The notes: generated by a model not told the origin, from the sequence alone. Shown: positions 24,137-39,100, numbered from the stretch's first letter. The stretch: 64,000 nt of DNA from Azolla caroliniana (GCA_043228905.1 JBHGNT010000009.1:6448001-6512000), one strand, 5' to 3'. A program made the numbers and translations.

Positions 24137-27100
24137 TGATATTATACTCTGTCATTTGTTCTTATGATTTGAAAGTCATTGTAGTTCAGTTTCTTTCCAC
24201 ATTGAAGGTGTCATGTGTCATATGTCATTGGAATATTTCTCTCGACATAATAGTAACTTGTAAAGAATTGGATATGATTTTGTGCAACGGAATAGTTACA
24301 TGTGTGTGTGTGTGTGTGTGTGTATGTGTGTGTGTGAAGAGGAGAGGAGAAGAGAGAAGAGAGACACAAGATAGATAAGAGAAATGAGGTACTCAAGAAG
24401 AAAATGTATATTGACAAGGAGAATATTTAGTACAAAAATGTAACATTACAAGGAGCAACAACCGACACTATATGAAGTAGGAGGAGGGTGCTTTATATAA
24501 GGTCACCCTCTCTCTTCATTAGCTCACTACAACACCCACTTTATCTCTAAAACCATGGGGAATATGAAGACTCATTAGTTATGTGTCATAGAATATGATT
24601 CTATGACACATAGTTAATGTGTAGAGAAGAGTGGTGACTTTTGACCTTTGAGTGTTCATAGATTCTCAAAGGGTGTGTTCACACACTAGACTAAGTTGAG
24701 GTTGATTCTCAACACGCCCCCTCAAGCTCAACTTGGATCGGCTTCTTTTGGTTGATGTTCGATTCTCTCTTGTACTCCCCCTCAAGCTTGGGTGTGAGGC
24801 GTCTGACATCCACTTTTGTAGCGTTTTTCGGCTTTTGGTGTTGGCTTCTGTTCGGTTTTTGACGTCGGCATTTCCATGGCAGTTTTGGTTCCTCCCCCTC
24901 AAGCCTGTGACAAAGGCTTGTAGTGTTAAATGGTCGAAGGCCGAATGCTTGCATCTCTATATCCATGTATCTGCTAACCATCGGGGGTGATGAGCAGCTT
25001 TTGTAAAGCTTTCAGGCTCTTGTTCGGTCATGACCTTCATCACGAAGGCGTAATGATGGGCCATATACTCGTAGCCGAACCGAGTGACCGGGTTCTTCTC
25101 TGAACATGAGCGTCGAAGTTTTTCGTTTGCCGATGTGAGCCCTTTTCTACTTTGAGTGTCCACATAATGGGTACACCAAACTCACTGTCTAGTGAGCAAG
25201 TCGACACATCTGAATCACTTTCATCAGGGTGGTGGACTTCATATTCGGGCATCTTACATTTGCCTTTATTCGATCCGGCCCCTGGTTGAGAGGTGCTTGG
25301 AGTTCTTGAAGGCTCGTATGGTCCACTTAGCTCAGTAGAGCTTGGATTGCCCTTTGGTAAAGGACTTTGCTGAATATCGTCATCCGAGTTGACGACCAAT
25401 TGTTCCTCAGTCAGTTTGGATGGAGCCGAATCGGGCTCATACCATGATGCCGATTCGTCAAAGACTATGTCCCTACACCCGAACTGCTCAGGTTGAAGGA
25501 TTGAAGCACTTGTATCCCTTTTGCTCAGATGAGTAACCTAAGAGGATACATTGCGCTGACTTCGCGTTGAGCTTCTGTCATTGTTTGTTCAGGATGCGTA
25601 CATTCACAATGCTTCCGAACACTTTGAGGTGCAAAAGGATCGGCTTCCTTCCAACAAAGAGCTCATATGGAGTTAGCTCATGCACTCCATTAGTGGTGCA
25701 TTGATTCATGAGATAGACGGTCGTGGATGCCGCTTCGGCATGTCCTTCTCATGCATCATGGTGTGTGCTACCTCAAGTATGTGTCTTTTTTTTCTTTCGA
25801 CTACTCCATTTTTCTAAGGTGTGTGTCGGCACTAAATTTCTCTTCAAATACCTTGGAGGTAGGAGATGAATTCGTCAAAGAAGTACTCCTTTCCTCCATC
25901 CGATCGTAGGCATCGAATATGCCGACCCGTTTCTTTCTCCAGTTGGCCCTTGAGCTTTTGGTAGTGGGAGAGCACTTCGCTCTTCTTCTTCATCGTGAAG
26001 ATCCATGTGTAGCGGGAGTAGTTGTCGATGAAGGTGACTGAGTACCGGCATCCTCCGATAGTTGGCATTTGAGCTAGTCCCCATACGTCCGAGTGGATGA
26101 CATCAAGGAGGCCTTTGCTTACGTATCTCTCCTTTGGAAATGGGAGTTGATGTTGTTTGCTGAGTTGACATGCTTCACGCACTCGATTGACTCGTTTCGA
26201 CTCAAAGGCCGGAAGTCTGATGACAACTCCCTTTGATTGCATCGCTCAAAGCCGTTGGAGATTGATGTGGTTGATTCTCTTGTGCCACAACTCGATGCTC
26301 ATCTCGGTCTTGAGACCTTTGGCATACATGGCCAATTTTAGTTCGTCTGAATGGAGGATAAACATTCGGCCTTCTTTCCGTCCCCTAGCTATGAGTCGGC
26401 CATCTTTTCTATAAAGCATCCTTCGTTGTTGAAACGAACTTGCATTCCTTGCTCCACAATTTGGCCTACTGAGGCCAAATTCTTTGTTATTGTAGGCACA
26501 TGCAAGACATTCTTGATGCAATTGTGTTTGCTGTCGTTGCCGAATGGAACGTTGCCAATGTGCCGAATGGGATGTATGGTATCGTCTCTCGTCTCTATGT
26601 AGCCTGGTTGGTCTGCCATTCTTAAGTCACAAAACCACTTTTGGTCTAACGTCATATGATGTGAGGCACCGGAGTCGATGAACAATACGTCTTTTGAGTT
26701 GGAGGTGCATGTTGAGTCAGAGGCCATCATGAAGTTCCCTCTATGTCTCATTACGAATAGTCTACCATAGTCGTTGTATTCAGAGTTGGTGTCGTAGTTT
26801 GTGAGTTGTGGACTTGTGGAAGCTGACTCACTTCTCTTCTTCCGGCACTCTTCTTCGTGGTGGACAATTTTGCCGCAATATCTGCGCTCGATTGTCCTCT
26901 TCTTGCTCAACCGCGTCCTCTTCCTCTGTCCGAGTGTGAGTAGATCATGTGGCCTTCCAAGGCATTGGTCCTTGTTCAAACTTGGTTTTCTTCAACCAAC
27001 AACATTGATTGAAGATCGAAAAAATAGTGAGGATTCTCCTTTGCTAGAACGACGGTTCTCATTGCGCTGAACGGTGGTGTGAGACCACTCAAGCATATTT

Positions 27101-27762
27101 GCAATGCGCTTCCTTTGTTCTTGTTTGGCTATGCATAGCTATATGCAAACTAATCAAATGAGTTTCTTATTCAACATTAATTAAAGATTGTGAGAGAATC
27201 CAAGAAAGTCATGAGATCAAGTAGGAAATTAATAAAAATTTCGTAGCATGTTTATGCATTTCTATTGGAAACTTACATTCCATTTATATATATGATGTAA
27301 AGATATAAGGCTCCAAACAAGTTCAACGGTTGAACAATCATTTGGGCAAATAGGGGACTTCTATATATATAGTTCAAACAATAAGTGTGTCGTTACTTTG
27401 GATTGGAATTTGCAAAGAGTGTGGCTAAATGTTTTGGGTTCTGAGTAACTAAGGCGTATAAGCTCGAGCAAATTGTTAAGATGGTACGATCTCGAACAAG
27501 TGTTGTGTGGTTCATGGGCGCTATCTAGCCCGAGTTCATTATGTACACTGAGCTCGACAATAAGGTTGGTGTAGCGTGGAATAATATAATTTACGAGGCA
27601 TAGCGATATGGTATGTATGTATGTTCTTTAGGGGGCATAGAGATATGGTATGTACGTACGCATGCATGCATGCATGTATTTATGTAGAGTATGTAGGTAT
27701 TACTCTAAAAATGTATTTGTTTTATTGTGCTCGACTTCCACGAGAGTGCATGGAACGTGCAA

Positions 27763-27950
27763 AATGGAATGGAATGGATTGGATTGGGAATGAGATGGAT
27801 TAATGGAATGGATTGGAGGGAGATGGATTAATGGAATGGAATGGAATGGAATGGAGTGAGACGGATTAAAAGAATGAGATGCATAATTGGAATGGATTAG
27901 AATGAGATGGATAACTGGAATGGATTACAATGAGATGGATAATTGCAATG
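27763..27950 (+). repeat. Degenerate (GGAAT)n pentamer satellite
   Basis: Runs of TGGAA, TGGAT and TGAGA units. Confidence 0.8.
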
Positions 27951-28249
27951 TTTCCATAACCCATAAGAATTTTGAGCTTCAAAGTGAGAAGAGTGCTAAT
28001 TTCGACAAAGTACCAATGGGGAATCTGTAGGTAAACATATGTATATGCAAAGACCTTCAATCTGGATCAGTTACCATAACATAAGAATTAAATGGAAGTA
28101 AAAGGAAAGAAATTAGATTACTATGTCTTTTATGGACCTCAAGTCTCCATTGATTAAGTACAAAGAAGAGGAATAGAACAAAGAAAAAGCAAGTTTGTTT
28201 GCTAATCATATGATCACTAAGAAGTTGTCCCACATAGTAAGGCAGGGGA

Positions 28250-30173
28250 GAGCCATGGCTATAAAATGGAAAGGTGGATGAAACAATCAAATTTATCTTT
28301 GCGCTTGGGGCAATGACGCAGTTAGTGAGGGCTTCCCGAGACGCGTCAATTGCTGGTTGAAAACTATTTCCAACCCCCCTCCCCTGCTTCCTACCAAGGG
28401 AGCCCCGGAGAATTTTTGTAAAGGCTCCCTCCTTTGCGAAGGAGTGGGCCTAGAAAATCAAAACCCTAACAAATGTGTATGTGTTCATTATGTTTATATG
28501 CCTAATATTTTTGCTTTCCTTTTTGTTGTAAAAGATATCCATTCATTAGTATAAAGCATTTACATTGTTTCCATTCTCAAGTGATCGGTGGACGGAACAA
28601 CCATCTTGGTGGCTGAAAGTGTCATAAAGGACGACAAAAGTTTAATAGCTCTCCATTGAGTAAGAAACTGATGGTGCTGAGCAACTTTTGCTTCAGAATC
28701 TCCAATAAGACAATCTCATTGTCCTTTTAAAGTATGCATCATGTCTAGCCAAATATTATGCACCATTTCAACTAGTGAGGCTCTAGCTTCATGGAAAATA
28801 TTAGACCAAGAAGCCTTTCAGATGTAATATATAGTAATATTACACAATAACTCCCATAATGGTTGCATCTCCTTCCTTCTTCCTAAAAATTGCATGGACA
28901 ATAAAAGGAAATACACAAACTATTCTGAAATTATTGCTAAAATCATGGTCTATAAACTTAGCATCATAGTGAAAAATAGTGTGAACAAGAAAACACTTAT
29001 TAATTCACTCTATTTGTGAGTTTTGGTTTAACTTCTGCTCATCAAGTTCAAATTCAAGACATGGTTTGGATACATTAGGACCACAAAGAAGCAAAGAGTT
29101 GGCTCCTATGTTTCCCAAATATGCTAGAATGGGTGTTGCAGGGACATGCTTTCATTTTGACATATCACATTTTGCTATATTGTAATAGCACCACCAATTT
29201 CTATATTTTCCATTGTCTACTTCGATTTAGGTTAGGTTGGTTACCCCGTGCTCATGGACTATGCTAAAGAATGATCGTAGATGGGAGTTCACAAACTCTA
29301 CTCCTTTTTAAATACTTTATATGTTTTAAGAATGGTGTGTCTTTGGGCATACGCAAGAATCATATCAAGCATTTAGTGATTCAATTATGATGGGAAAAAG
29401 CAGTGTCAAAATTCAAATTGACAAGCAAACACAACGAAATGAAATAGTTTTCTTTTAACTTTCAAGCTTCGTAGGTTATAAATATGGGAATGCAAATACA
29501 AAAACTCCTTGTTGCATTTAGGGCTACCAATCTTACAAAATGATTTACAATGTCAATATCTAAAATTTAATCACCATCACAGTGGAATCACCAAAGCATC
29601 AAGTTTATAACAAACTTGGTACTGAGTGAAAAACATGATCACAACATGAAAGCAAAAATAAATTGACATCAGTGGATGTCTAAAGCATGTCTCCTTCAAA
29701 TTACATCGTAATCAAAGCACCCTCCATAGTACTACTTGCTATTCTGCTTCTACCTACATGTGCTCACACATACCACGAAGGAGAAAGAAGAAGGTTTACC
29801 TATATATGCGAGTAGTGCATGAGATTGATGGAGAAGACAACACTTCCACAAATGATAAAAGTAGGGCTATGTTGCCAGTAAAGATCAACGTTGTCTCAAA
29901 CTTCCTCCTTACATTTTTGTTGCCTTGTGTCTCTTGTATTTTTTTTTCTCTTTAGTTGTCGAAGGAAAAGTCTTCTATAATTCTATAACTTCAGCATCGC
30001 CACACCAAGAATTTGTTAGCTTTCAGGTGAGATGATAACAAATTGACCATTTCATTGTTAAGCGAATCAATTCACATCTATCATCTCCTTTATGGCCCTT
30101 GGGTAAAACCCTAATTTCTCATCATCGCATTTGTGGGCCTTGGGCATGTATCAATGTATTTACGTCCATCCAT

Positions 30174-30233
<60 letters not shown>

Positions 30234-31700
30234 TCCATGTGTACAATACACACAATTCACATCCCACACAAATCTATTATTTAGGTTTAGGTTTTGTCTC
30301 GAATAAAATGTTTGATATCTCAATCATGACATTAGTGCGCACACTCACAAAGTGTCCCACATTGCAAGACATGTGATGGACATGGTTATAAAAGAGAAAG
30401 ACGAGCAAAGAGTCAAATTCATCTTTGCACTTACGGAAATGACGTAGTTAGTGAGGGTTTCCCGAGACATGCCAATTGCTGGTTGAAAACTATTTCCAAT
30501 TCCCCTCCTTGGTTCTTGAAAGAGAGCCTTGGAGAATTTTTGTATGCTCTCGACATAGTCATAGTTCCGATCTGTCCCATGAACTCCTTCATTCAAGCAA
30601 TCGTGTTGAAATGATAAAGACTAACAAGATAGGACATCCGATGTCTTGAATTCTCGACATCCAAAATTTTGTTTTGTTTAGTTTTTACAGTTCAAGAATT
30701 CCCTTATGGCATGTGATATGTCTAATCATGACATCCTTTGAATTTGGAATGTTTATAACCTCGGTTGTTGTAAATATCCCCGATGGACTCCGATTCACTT
30801 AAATGAGCAATATAACGCATTACTACAAGTTTGTATGTGTATGTATATGTTTATGTATCTATGTGTATGACACAAAAAATTCAGATCCCACCCATATCTA
30901 TTATTTAGGTTTAGGTTTTGTCTCCAACAAAATGTTTGGTATCTCAATCATGCCATTAGTACGCACACTGACAATGTGTCCCACATTGCGAGGCATGCGA
31001 TGGCCATGGCTATAAAAGAGAAAGTGGAGCAAAGGGGCAAATCATCTTTGCGCTTGCGGCAATGACATAGTTAGTGAGGGCTTCCCAAGACGCGTCAATC
31101 ATCTTTGGTATCTCAATCATGCTAGTAGTACGCACACTGACAATGTGTCCCACATCGCGAGGCATGCGATGGGCATGGCTATAAAAGAGAAAGCGGAGCA
31201 AAGGGCCAAATCATTTTTGCGCTTGGGGCAATGACGTAGTAAGTGAGGGCTTCCCGAGACGCGTCAATTGCTGGTTGAAAACTATTTCCAACCCCCCCTC
31301 CTTGGCTCTTGAAAGAGAGCCTTGGAGAATTTTTGGAAAGCCCTCCCCCCTTGCCCTTTGGAGGGGTGGGCCTAGAAAAAACCGTAACACAAACATTGAA
31401 AAAAGAATTGGTTGCCTTGTTTTGATGAACATAAGTTTCGTCCTTGTTAGGTCCTTCACGCCAATTGTTTTGTGTTCGTCTTCTCACCTCTAGCAATAAG
31501 CATGCTCATGCATGATATACAATTTTTATAGCTACACCGTTATTGAGATTAGCATGCTTTCGACATAGTCATGGTTCCAATGTGTCCCAAGAACTCCTTC
31601 ATACAAGCAATTGTGTCGAAATGATAAAGACTAACAAGATAGGATCTATGATGTCTAAAATTCTCGACATCCAAACTATTGTTTTGTTTAGGTTTTACTC
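28250..31700. repeat. Unclassified local repeat in four partial copies (about 28295, 30421, 31043, 31213) with nested tandem duplications
   Basis: Recurring ATCTTTGCGCTT..CAATGACG..GTGAGGGCTTCCCGAGACGCGTCAAT, each preceded by a TATAAAA box; LTR-like. Confidence 0.65.
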
Positions 31701-31869
31701 TAAGTCAGGAATTCCTTGAGGGTATGCATGATACGTGTCGTTGTTATGAGCATTAAATTTTCATCACGTCGTGTGATGGTGAGAGATTTTATATCCCTGA
31801 ACCGTGGTGTTGTTTTGTTTTTTATCAAATTTTTAAATAATAAAAATTTTATTACAAAACTCCATAATT

Positions 31870-33130
31870 GGCCTACTCCTTCGGTGGTGTCGGTCTGTAT
31901 CTCGAGGATGATTCTCCCCGGTCGCCACTTGTTGGAATTTGCCAAAACGGCTCTACTTCCACTTTTAGCATTTGGCTTTTAGGCTTTTTGGCTCCCACCG
32001 ATTTTTCCTCAGCAGAGTCTTTTGTGTCGTCCCGACTCTTCTTTCGTCCAGCGAATGGATTTGATAGTGTTGGCCCTATGTAGGGTTTGAGTGGGAACTC
32101 ATTCACCCATTTCGGTACCTCGTCTCCAGCTAATGTGCCCAACTGATATGTAGCGTTAAATTCGTCGATTATCCAAATGAATACGGTCCAGTCCACCAAA
32201 ACCTTAATTTCCTCGGCATTAAACCCATCCAAGTATGGAATACTAACACTACTTTGTCGATTCTGAACAATTTCTTGTTACCCTTTCGATGCCGATCCAC
32301 AAATGCCTTTCATTGACACTGGCTTTCACGTAGTTGCCATATGCTTTTTAATCGGTCTTCCTCTAGCACCAACAATTTCTCCAATCGGCGTTGTTCCGAC
32401 TCCTCGCATTGTCGCCCGTAGACCTGTACCCAGAGACTCTGGATTTGAAACTCTATCAGCATTACTGCGTCCAATTCGAACGTCATCCGGAACAGGATCG
32501 ACTGGATATTTGTCTTATAAGTGGTCCCGTATGCCCACAACGCAGTCTGTAGCTAGTGTTTTATTTGTCGATTCCACTCGTCCGTTAGCCTATGGATAAT
32601 ATGAAGTGTTCTTCTCGTGTATGATGGCATAATATAGCCTCGGGCCTTCCACAACATGGTTAGTAAAAAGTTCTGCCTTGATCGTTGATTAGCTCAATCA
32701 AGCATTTCAACCAGCACCAAATGTTTTCATACAAGAACTTTGTTGTGGAAACTACCATGTTATCCCAGAGCGCTTTTGCCTCTACCCACTTCATACACTA
32801 ATCGTTGGCGACAATTATATACTTGTTCCCTGTTCTGGTTGCTTCCAGTTTGAATGGCCCGACGAAGTCTATTCCCCACTTATGGAATGCCTCTAATGGT
32901 AGGATCCATTGATGCAACATCCTTGCCTGAGATGTCTGTTGACCCATCCACTAACAGAAATCACACTCTTGACAGTGCTTTACAACGTCCTTCTACGTCG
33001 TTGGCCACCAAAGCCCACTTTGCCAAAACTTCTGAGCTGTGACATTCCCTGCGTAGTGTCGACCGGTTACTCCGGAATGTTCTTCCCTTCGTACTGCCGA
33101 CATCTTGTCACTCCAAAAGAGTGAACCACC
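31870..33130 (-). mobile_element. Decayed Athila/Tat-like Gypsy integrase fragment
   Basis: Minus strand PLEAFHKWGIDFVGPF, KWVEAKAL, WAYGTTYKT, NATYQLGTLAG. Confidence 0.7.
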
Positions 33131-36100
33131 TCCATGCCTAGGGCAAGATTTGAACCTTTTACCTCCATGTTAATAATTTGTAGCTTAACCATTATACTAA
33201 CACATCATAAGTAGATATTCCACATACAAAGGTTATTTCACGGATATTTTTTAGGAAAAGCTACTTTTACACGTAGAGTGCATAAAACTTTAGTTAAAAG
33301 AAAACACATGATCGAGAAAACTATTCATGCACATCTCACGTGCATAAACACTATTATTAGAAGAAAAAGCATAACAGGAAAAGCTATTCATGCACATCTA
33401 GTGTGCATGAACACTTTAGAAAAAGCATGATGTTTACCATGTGGTAGACGATACTTAGTCTCTCCAATCACTATAAAAAGGTGGGGAGCAAATTGTAATG
33501 GATTGTTGTCGATTTGGGGTTCTAAATATTCATCAAATTGCCTATATTTGGGTGATTCCCAATTTTCGATTTAGCTTTTCTAATCTAATCCAATTTACTA
33601 TTAGAATTCTAAGGGTTGAATAATATAATACAATACACTTGTAGGATTTACAAGGTTTCTATATCTCTTTCTTATAATCTATTTATATTCTTATCTGCCT
33701 TAAAATTCTCCTCCTCCTAGTCCAAAACCCTAATGGTTCCCACCCGACTCACTCAAATGATCTAGCGCCGAAAGGCACGACACATTTGGTGAACCCAACG
33801 TGAAAACGTGTCGCAAGGAGATGGAGAATCAACAAGAGGCTAGCAACATGATAACGATGTTTGAGCGGATGCTACAAGAACAATGCGCGATGTCAGAGAT
33901 TGCGGCGACAATGGAACGGCTTGTTCAACGAAACGAGCAATTCAACGGGAATGATGTGTCACGTTATTTGCAGGACTACAAGGCAGAGATGTTGCGGTGC
34001 GGAATACTGGAAGGATTGCAAGTGACATCCTTTAATCGAGTGCCTACTGATGGGCTTCAAGGCAATATCCACGGGATATGACAACAAAATCCGACGTGGG
34101 TTTTGAAGAAGTGTTGAACACCATGTTTGCTATCGAGGACTCCTCCAAGGCAACACAGAGAGGATTCAAAGATTGGGTGGAAACACCGACGTCGTGGAGA
34201 AAACCGGCCTTAGGCGGAATCAGTGTAAAAGGTGCATGAACCGGCCCTTATGCGCGAACACAAGTATTGATAAGGTGTACATAATTAGAAATAGGTCGGC
34301 TGATGTCAATATACTAGGTAGTACACATTTATTAGCTTGGAAATCGGTGCTTATCTCTGTCCGAAGGGACAGAGAATAAAGATGATGTATTCAGGATGTG
34401 ATGGCCCTCCCCGGCGGCCTATAAAAGAGAGGGGAGAAGGTTGAAACAGGTATCGCATTTTGGTGAGGACAGAGCATTATCAGACTGGGGACCGAGCTTT
34501 CTCCTCCTTTATCGTTGTTCTCTATAGGTTTCTGGAAGGGTTGCCCCTTCTTAGAGGAAAGCCCGAGTGCTTCCGGCAAAGGCTCCATTGTGTGCGTGCA
34601 AGTGTGTGTGTGCGTTGGGTCTGTTACCGGTGTGCCGGTTGTAATCTCACGGGTGTTGTAACCCTTTATAGTTGGAATTAATAATCCAGGTCATTTTCTC
34701 TCTGTGTTTCTACGTGCTTTCCCTTTTCACTGTCTGGTGTGGGTGCATCTCTGTTCATTCTATACATGCGGTCGAGATCCATTTGGCTGGTAAGCACTAC
34801 TTGCCAGAAGTCGGTGTCCACCGGTTCGACGCTTGCGCTCTCCTCTCTCCCCTTGTTTCTTGCACTCCTCGGTCCAAGGCCTCCGTGGTCCCGCCTTAGT
34901 TTCCTACGTGAGAGCGTAACAACACGACATATTTTGTGAACCCGATGTGAAACAAGGCGGCAAAGGAGTCGAAGATGAGGGCATCAGAGCTTACCGAAGC
35001 CATGGCAACAGCCGTTGATCAGATAGTAAGTGCTCGGGAGCGCACAAGTGCCCTCGACAGGGCCATCGAAGTGATTGTCGGCACAATAGGCCGGTTCGGT
35101 GGGAAGAACGCCATGAGCTATTTAGAGGCCTACCGAGCCGAGATGGTCATGAGGGACATCGCAGAGGACAAGAGACTGGCCGGATTCCCTTGGGTGGCGA
35201 CACCAGGCATCCACGCAAAGGTGCTCTAGGTACAAGCTGGGTGCCGGATGTGGGGAGAATTCAAAGTACAGGCTCGATGATGTGCTTTGGTTTTCTAAGC
35301 GGGACTTCATGGAGTGGGTGGAGACCCCCGGAAAGGGGAGGAACGCGTTGGCACTCCTCTAAGAGTTTGAGGAACGCTTCACGCGGCTCTCAACACTGGA
35401 AAAGACCGTGCTAGACCCGAGCCCTGTCCTGTTGTTCGTCAAAGCGGTGGACGTGCGGGATCAGGATCAAGTGGGTCTTCTGCTGGAGACAGATGATGGG
35501 CTAATGGCCAACTGGGTCGTCGTTAAAAGAGTTTGTAGTCGTTTCGACAAGGAAGTACGAGGAACCTTCGACGCAACAAAAGGAGGGAACCCGGGATTGG
35601 CTTGAGACGGGCTCGACCTCGACCGGTAGGGTCAAGGGCCCATCCGAAGGAGTGGCTCTGGAAGAGCTAACGCAGATGGTGCGCGATCGCGCAGGCCCGG
35701 AGAGACAGCGGCGAACCGTCTCACGACCAGAGGCCTCCGGCAAGGCAGCGGTGCATGTGGTGTGACGCGGTCGGTCACATCTGGAAGGAGTGCACAGACT
35801 TTGCAGAAGCATTCAGAACTAATGTTGTGTACCTGTGGAATGAGAGGGTGCACCCTAGCGAGACCTAGAAAGCCTTGGAGTTGAATATCGAGCGTTGCTA
35901 ATGGAAGAAGCCGTGACGCAACACGTTAAAGCCATTCACTACTCGGCATAAGCCGGAATCCAGGTAGGAGGTGACGACGGCAGCAAAGGGTGCTACGAGG
36001 CCTCTCCGGAGTAAGACTGAGGATGGAGGAAGCGAACCGCATGGAGAAGCAGATCCGGGAGGTTAGCGGATGGGACGACCCGGTCAAGGAGAAGACCGGT

Positions 36101-39100
36101 TTCGTAGAAGCCGCGTGCTAGAACTATGAGGTTCTGGTGGAGGACATGAGAGCAGGGAAGGCCGGGGGAGCCGGACCTTCGAAACGATACGAGACGCGGA
36201 GCGGATTGGGGAAGAACGATTCTGATAGTTCCGGTCCACAAGATCGGATGAAGCAGGCCGGTTACCGACTGGGCACCGAGATAGAGAGGAAGACGGACTT
36301 GCGAAAGGTCCTCAAAGAACAAATCCTCGACAACAATGTGGAGATGTCGCTGAGGGAGGTGCTTGGAATTGTAGAGAAGGAGTTCCACGATTCCATTGTG
36401 GAGTTGGTGAAACGGAAACGACTCTCAACGGAGCCGGAACCGGAGAAGCCCGTGGAGGTGCGGACGACGCATCTGGAAGACATGTCCCTGGAAGACAAGT
36501 TGGCGGAAAGCCACTATTTGAGGTTGCACTGGGCTAGAGCCACTATGGAGACCCCCGTTTGGATCGGGGACGTCCAGGAGCCGGTGGTGGCATTGATAGA
36601 CCACGGGTCCGAGATCAACCTGATGTCTATGGACTTCTATAAGAAGGGAAAATGGCCGATCAACATCAAGCACAGGTGGAAGATATGTGCGGCGACGTGT
36701 GCCACGGAGGAGCTGCACGGGTCTACCCCAATGTACGTGTGAAAATCGGCGATGTCGAGATTGACCAACACTTCTTCGTGCAAGAGACATCCTTACAGTC
36801 GGTGATACTCGGCGAACCGTGTATTACGACGGCACACATGGAGAGAAAGGTGTTGGATAACGGTTCGGCGTATGCACGCGTGAAGAGCCAAGATGGGTGA
36901 CACTCTGTCCAATTTCTGATAGTGCGACCGAACCATGAGCGTAACAGGCCGAGATAGCCGAGGGGATTTTTAGAGAGGGCTGTGAAGGCATGGGGCCGCC
37001 ATAGTCCGGACACCCCAGAGGAATCCCACACGTGTACCATAGGTAGGAAATTTTACTACCGGCAAGAGGAGGAACGGTTTTAGAGAATCCTCGGGAAGCA
37101 CGGGAAGGCCTTTGCATTCTCGACGGAGGAGATCGGGTGCATAGACCCGACGATCGTTGAGCCAATGGTTATCTTCACGATACCGCACGTGCCATGGAAT
37201 CTCAAGCTGATTCTGGTACCCAGAGCTCATATCCCGAAGTTGATGGAGTTGCTGAAGCAGAAGGTGGAGATGGGCATCCTCGAGCCGTCAAGTGCCCCAT
37301 ATTTGAATCGGTGGTTTACCGTGCCAAAGAAGAACGGCACGTTGCGCTTTATTCAGGACCTGCCGCCACTCAACAAGGTGACCATTCAGAATGCAGGAAT
37401 CGGGCCGACCATTGACAAGTTCGCGGAGGCCTTCGCCGGAAGGTCGATTTATTCAATCGGGGATCTGTACTCGGGTTACGACCAATTCCAACTAGTCGTA
37501 GAGAGCAGGAACATTATGACGATGCGGACTCCTCTCGGTCTAGTGCGGATGTGTACCCTTCTGCAAGGAGGGACCAACTCGGTGGCACACATGGTGATTG
37601 CAATGAACAAAGTGTTGAGGGATTGCATCCCGGCCATCACCATGCAGTTCTTGGATGAAATCCCGATCAAAGGGTGACCAGTGGAAGATATGGACGAATC
37701 GGTTGGACTAGACGGTTGCCGGAAATTCGTTCAGGACCACATCGGCGACTGCGAGAAGGTGCTACAAAGGCTGGAGGGCGTGCGGCTCACCTTCTCAGGA
37801 GAGAAATCGGCTATCGGACTATTAAAGATCATGGTCGTTGGTCACCTGTGCGGGCCTTATGGCCGGAAACCATCCCTGGCAAAGGTAGAGGCCATCTCCG
37901 CAATGAAGGAAGACTGCAAGTCGGTTACAGAAGTCCGGAGGTTCTTGGGCGCGTGCGCATTCTACCACATCTGGATTCCGCACTATGCACACGTCGCGGA
38001 ACCACTCTACGGGTTGTTAAAGAAAGGGCACAACTTCAAGTGGAGCGGGGAACATATGGAGTCGGTCCGGAGATTGAAAGAAGTGCTTACCGTGGCACCG
38101 GCAATCCGGAAAGCGGTTTACGGTAAGGAGGTCCCGATTTACGTGACCGTAGACACGAGCCCGACCGGGATAGGATGGTTGATCAACCAAGAGGAAGAGA
38201 ATGGCAAGAGCTAAAGTACTTAGCGAGCGATATCAAGGATACGCCCAAGTTAAAGGAGAACTCTAGGGTATCGTTTCGGCGGTCAAGGTCGACAAAGACT
38301 GCTTGATCGAGACAGAGGTAATAATCGAGACAGATTGGCTACCGATCCTCGGTATGGTTTCCGGATGCGCGACGCCGGACCTGGCGATGCTCAGGTGGAT
38401 CGCGTACATTAAGTCCCTGAATCAGGAGATACGGCACATCTCCGGGAAGGACAACGCCATGGCCGACATGCTTTCGAGAGCGCGGTTTGATGACGAAAAC
38501 GGCATGGTTTCGGAGGACGAGGAAGTCGGTGTGGGCTGCTTCGAGTCGGCTTACGTGACGACGACGGAAGGGAGCACTCCAGCGCTTAATGAGTTTGATG
38601 AGGGCGAGTACGACGGGGAGTGGCTCCGGATTGGCAGGTTCCTAAAACCACCGACGCCAGACGTAGCGTGGACAAGAGAAAAGGCTAACCGGATCAAGAA
38701 TAAAGCGTATCGGTTCTTCCTACAGGACGGAAGCATATGGAAATACCCAAAGAAGCGAGGCGGCATCCCACTCCGGGTAGTGGTGAAGAAGGAAGAGCAG
38801 GAAGTGTTGCTAACGGCGTATCACGAGAGTCCTTGGGCCGGACATCGCGGGACGTGGGCCACATTCGAAAAGCTGAAGGAGAAGTATTAGTGGTCGGGAT
38901 TGTATCGGGACGTTCATCAATTCGTAATGACTTGTGAGTATTTCCAGATGCACTCCGCGATCCATAATCGAGACGAGCTACACCCTACCTACCCGTCAAC
39001 AGTCCACTTCAAATGGATGGTGGACTTAGTGACGATGCCTATGGGGGTAGGGCAGATGCAGTACCTGGTGTCAGTGCGAGAGGACTTAACGAATCAAGTG

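Noticed and set aside
28560-30060. Possible decayed minus-strand coding sequence
   Set aside because: No sustained frame or identifiable domain by eye.
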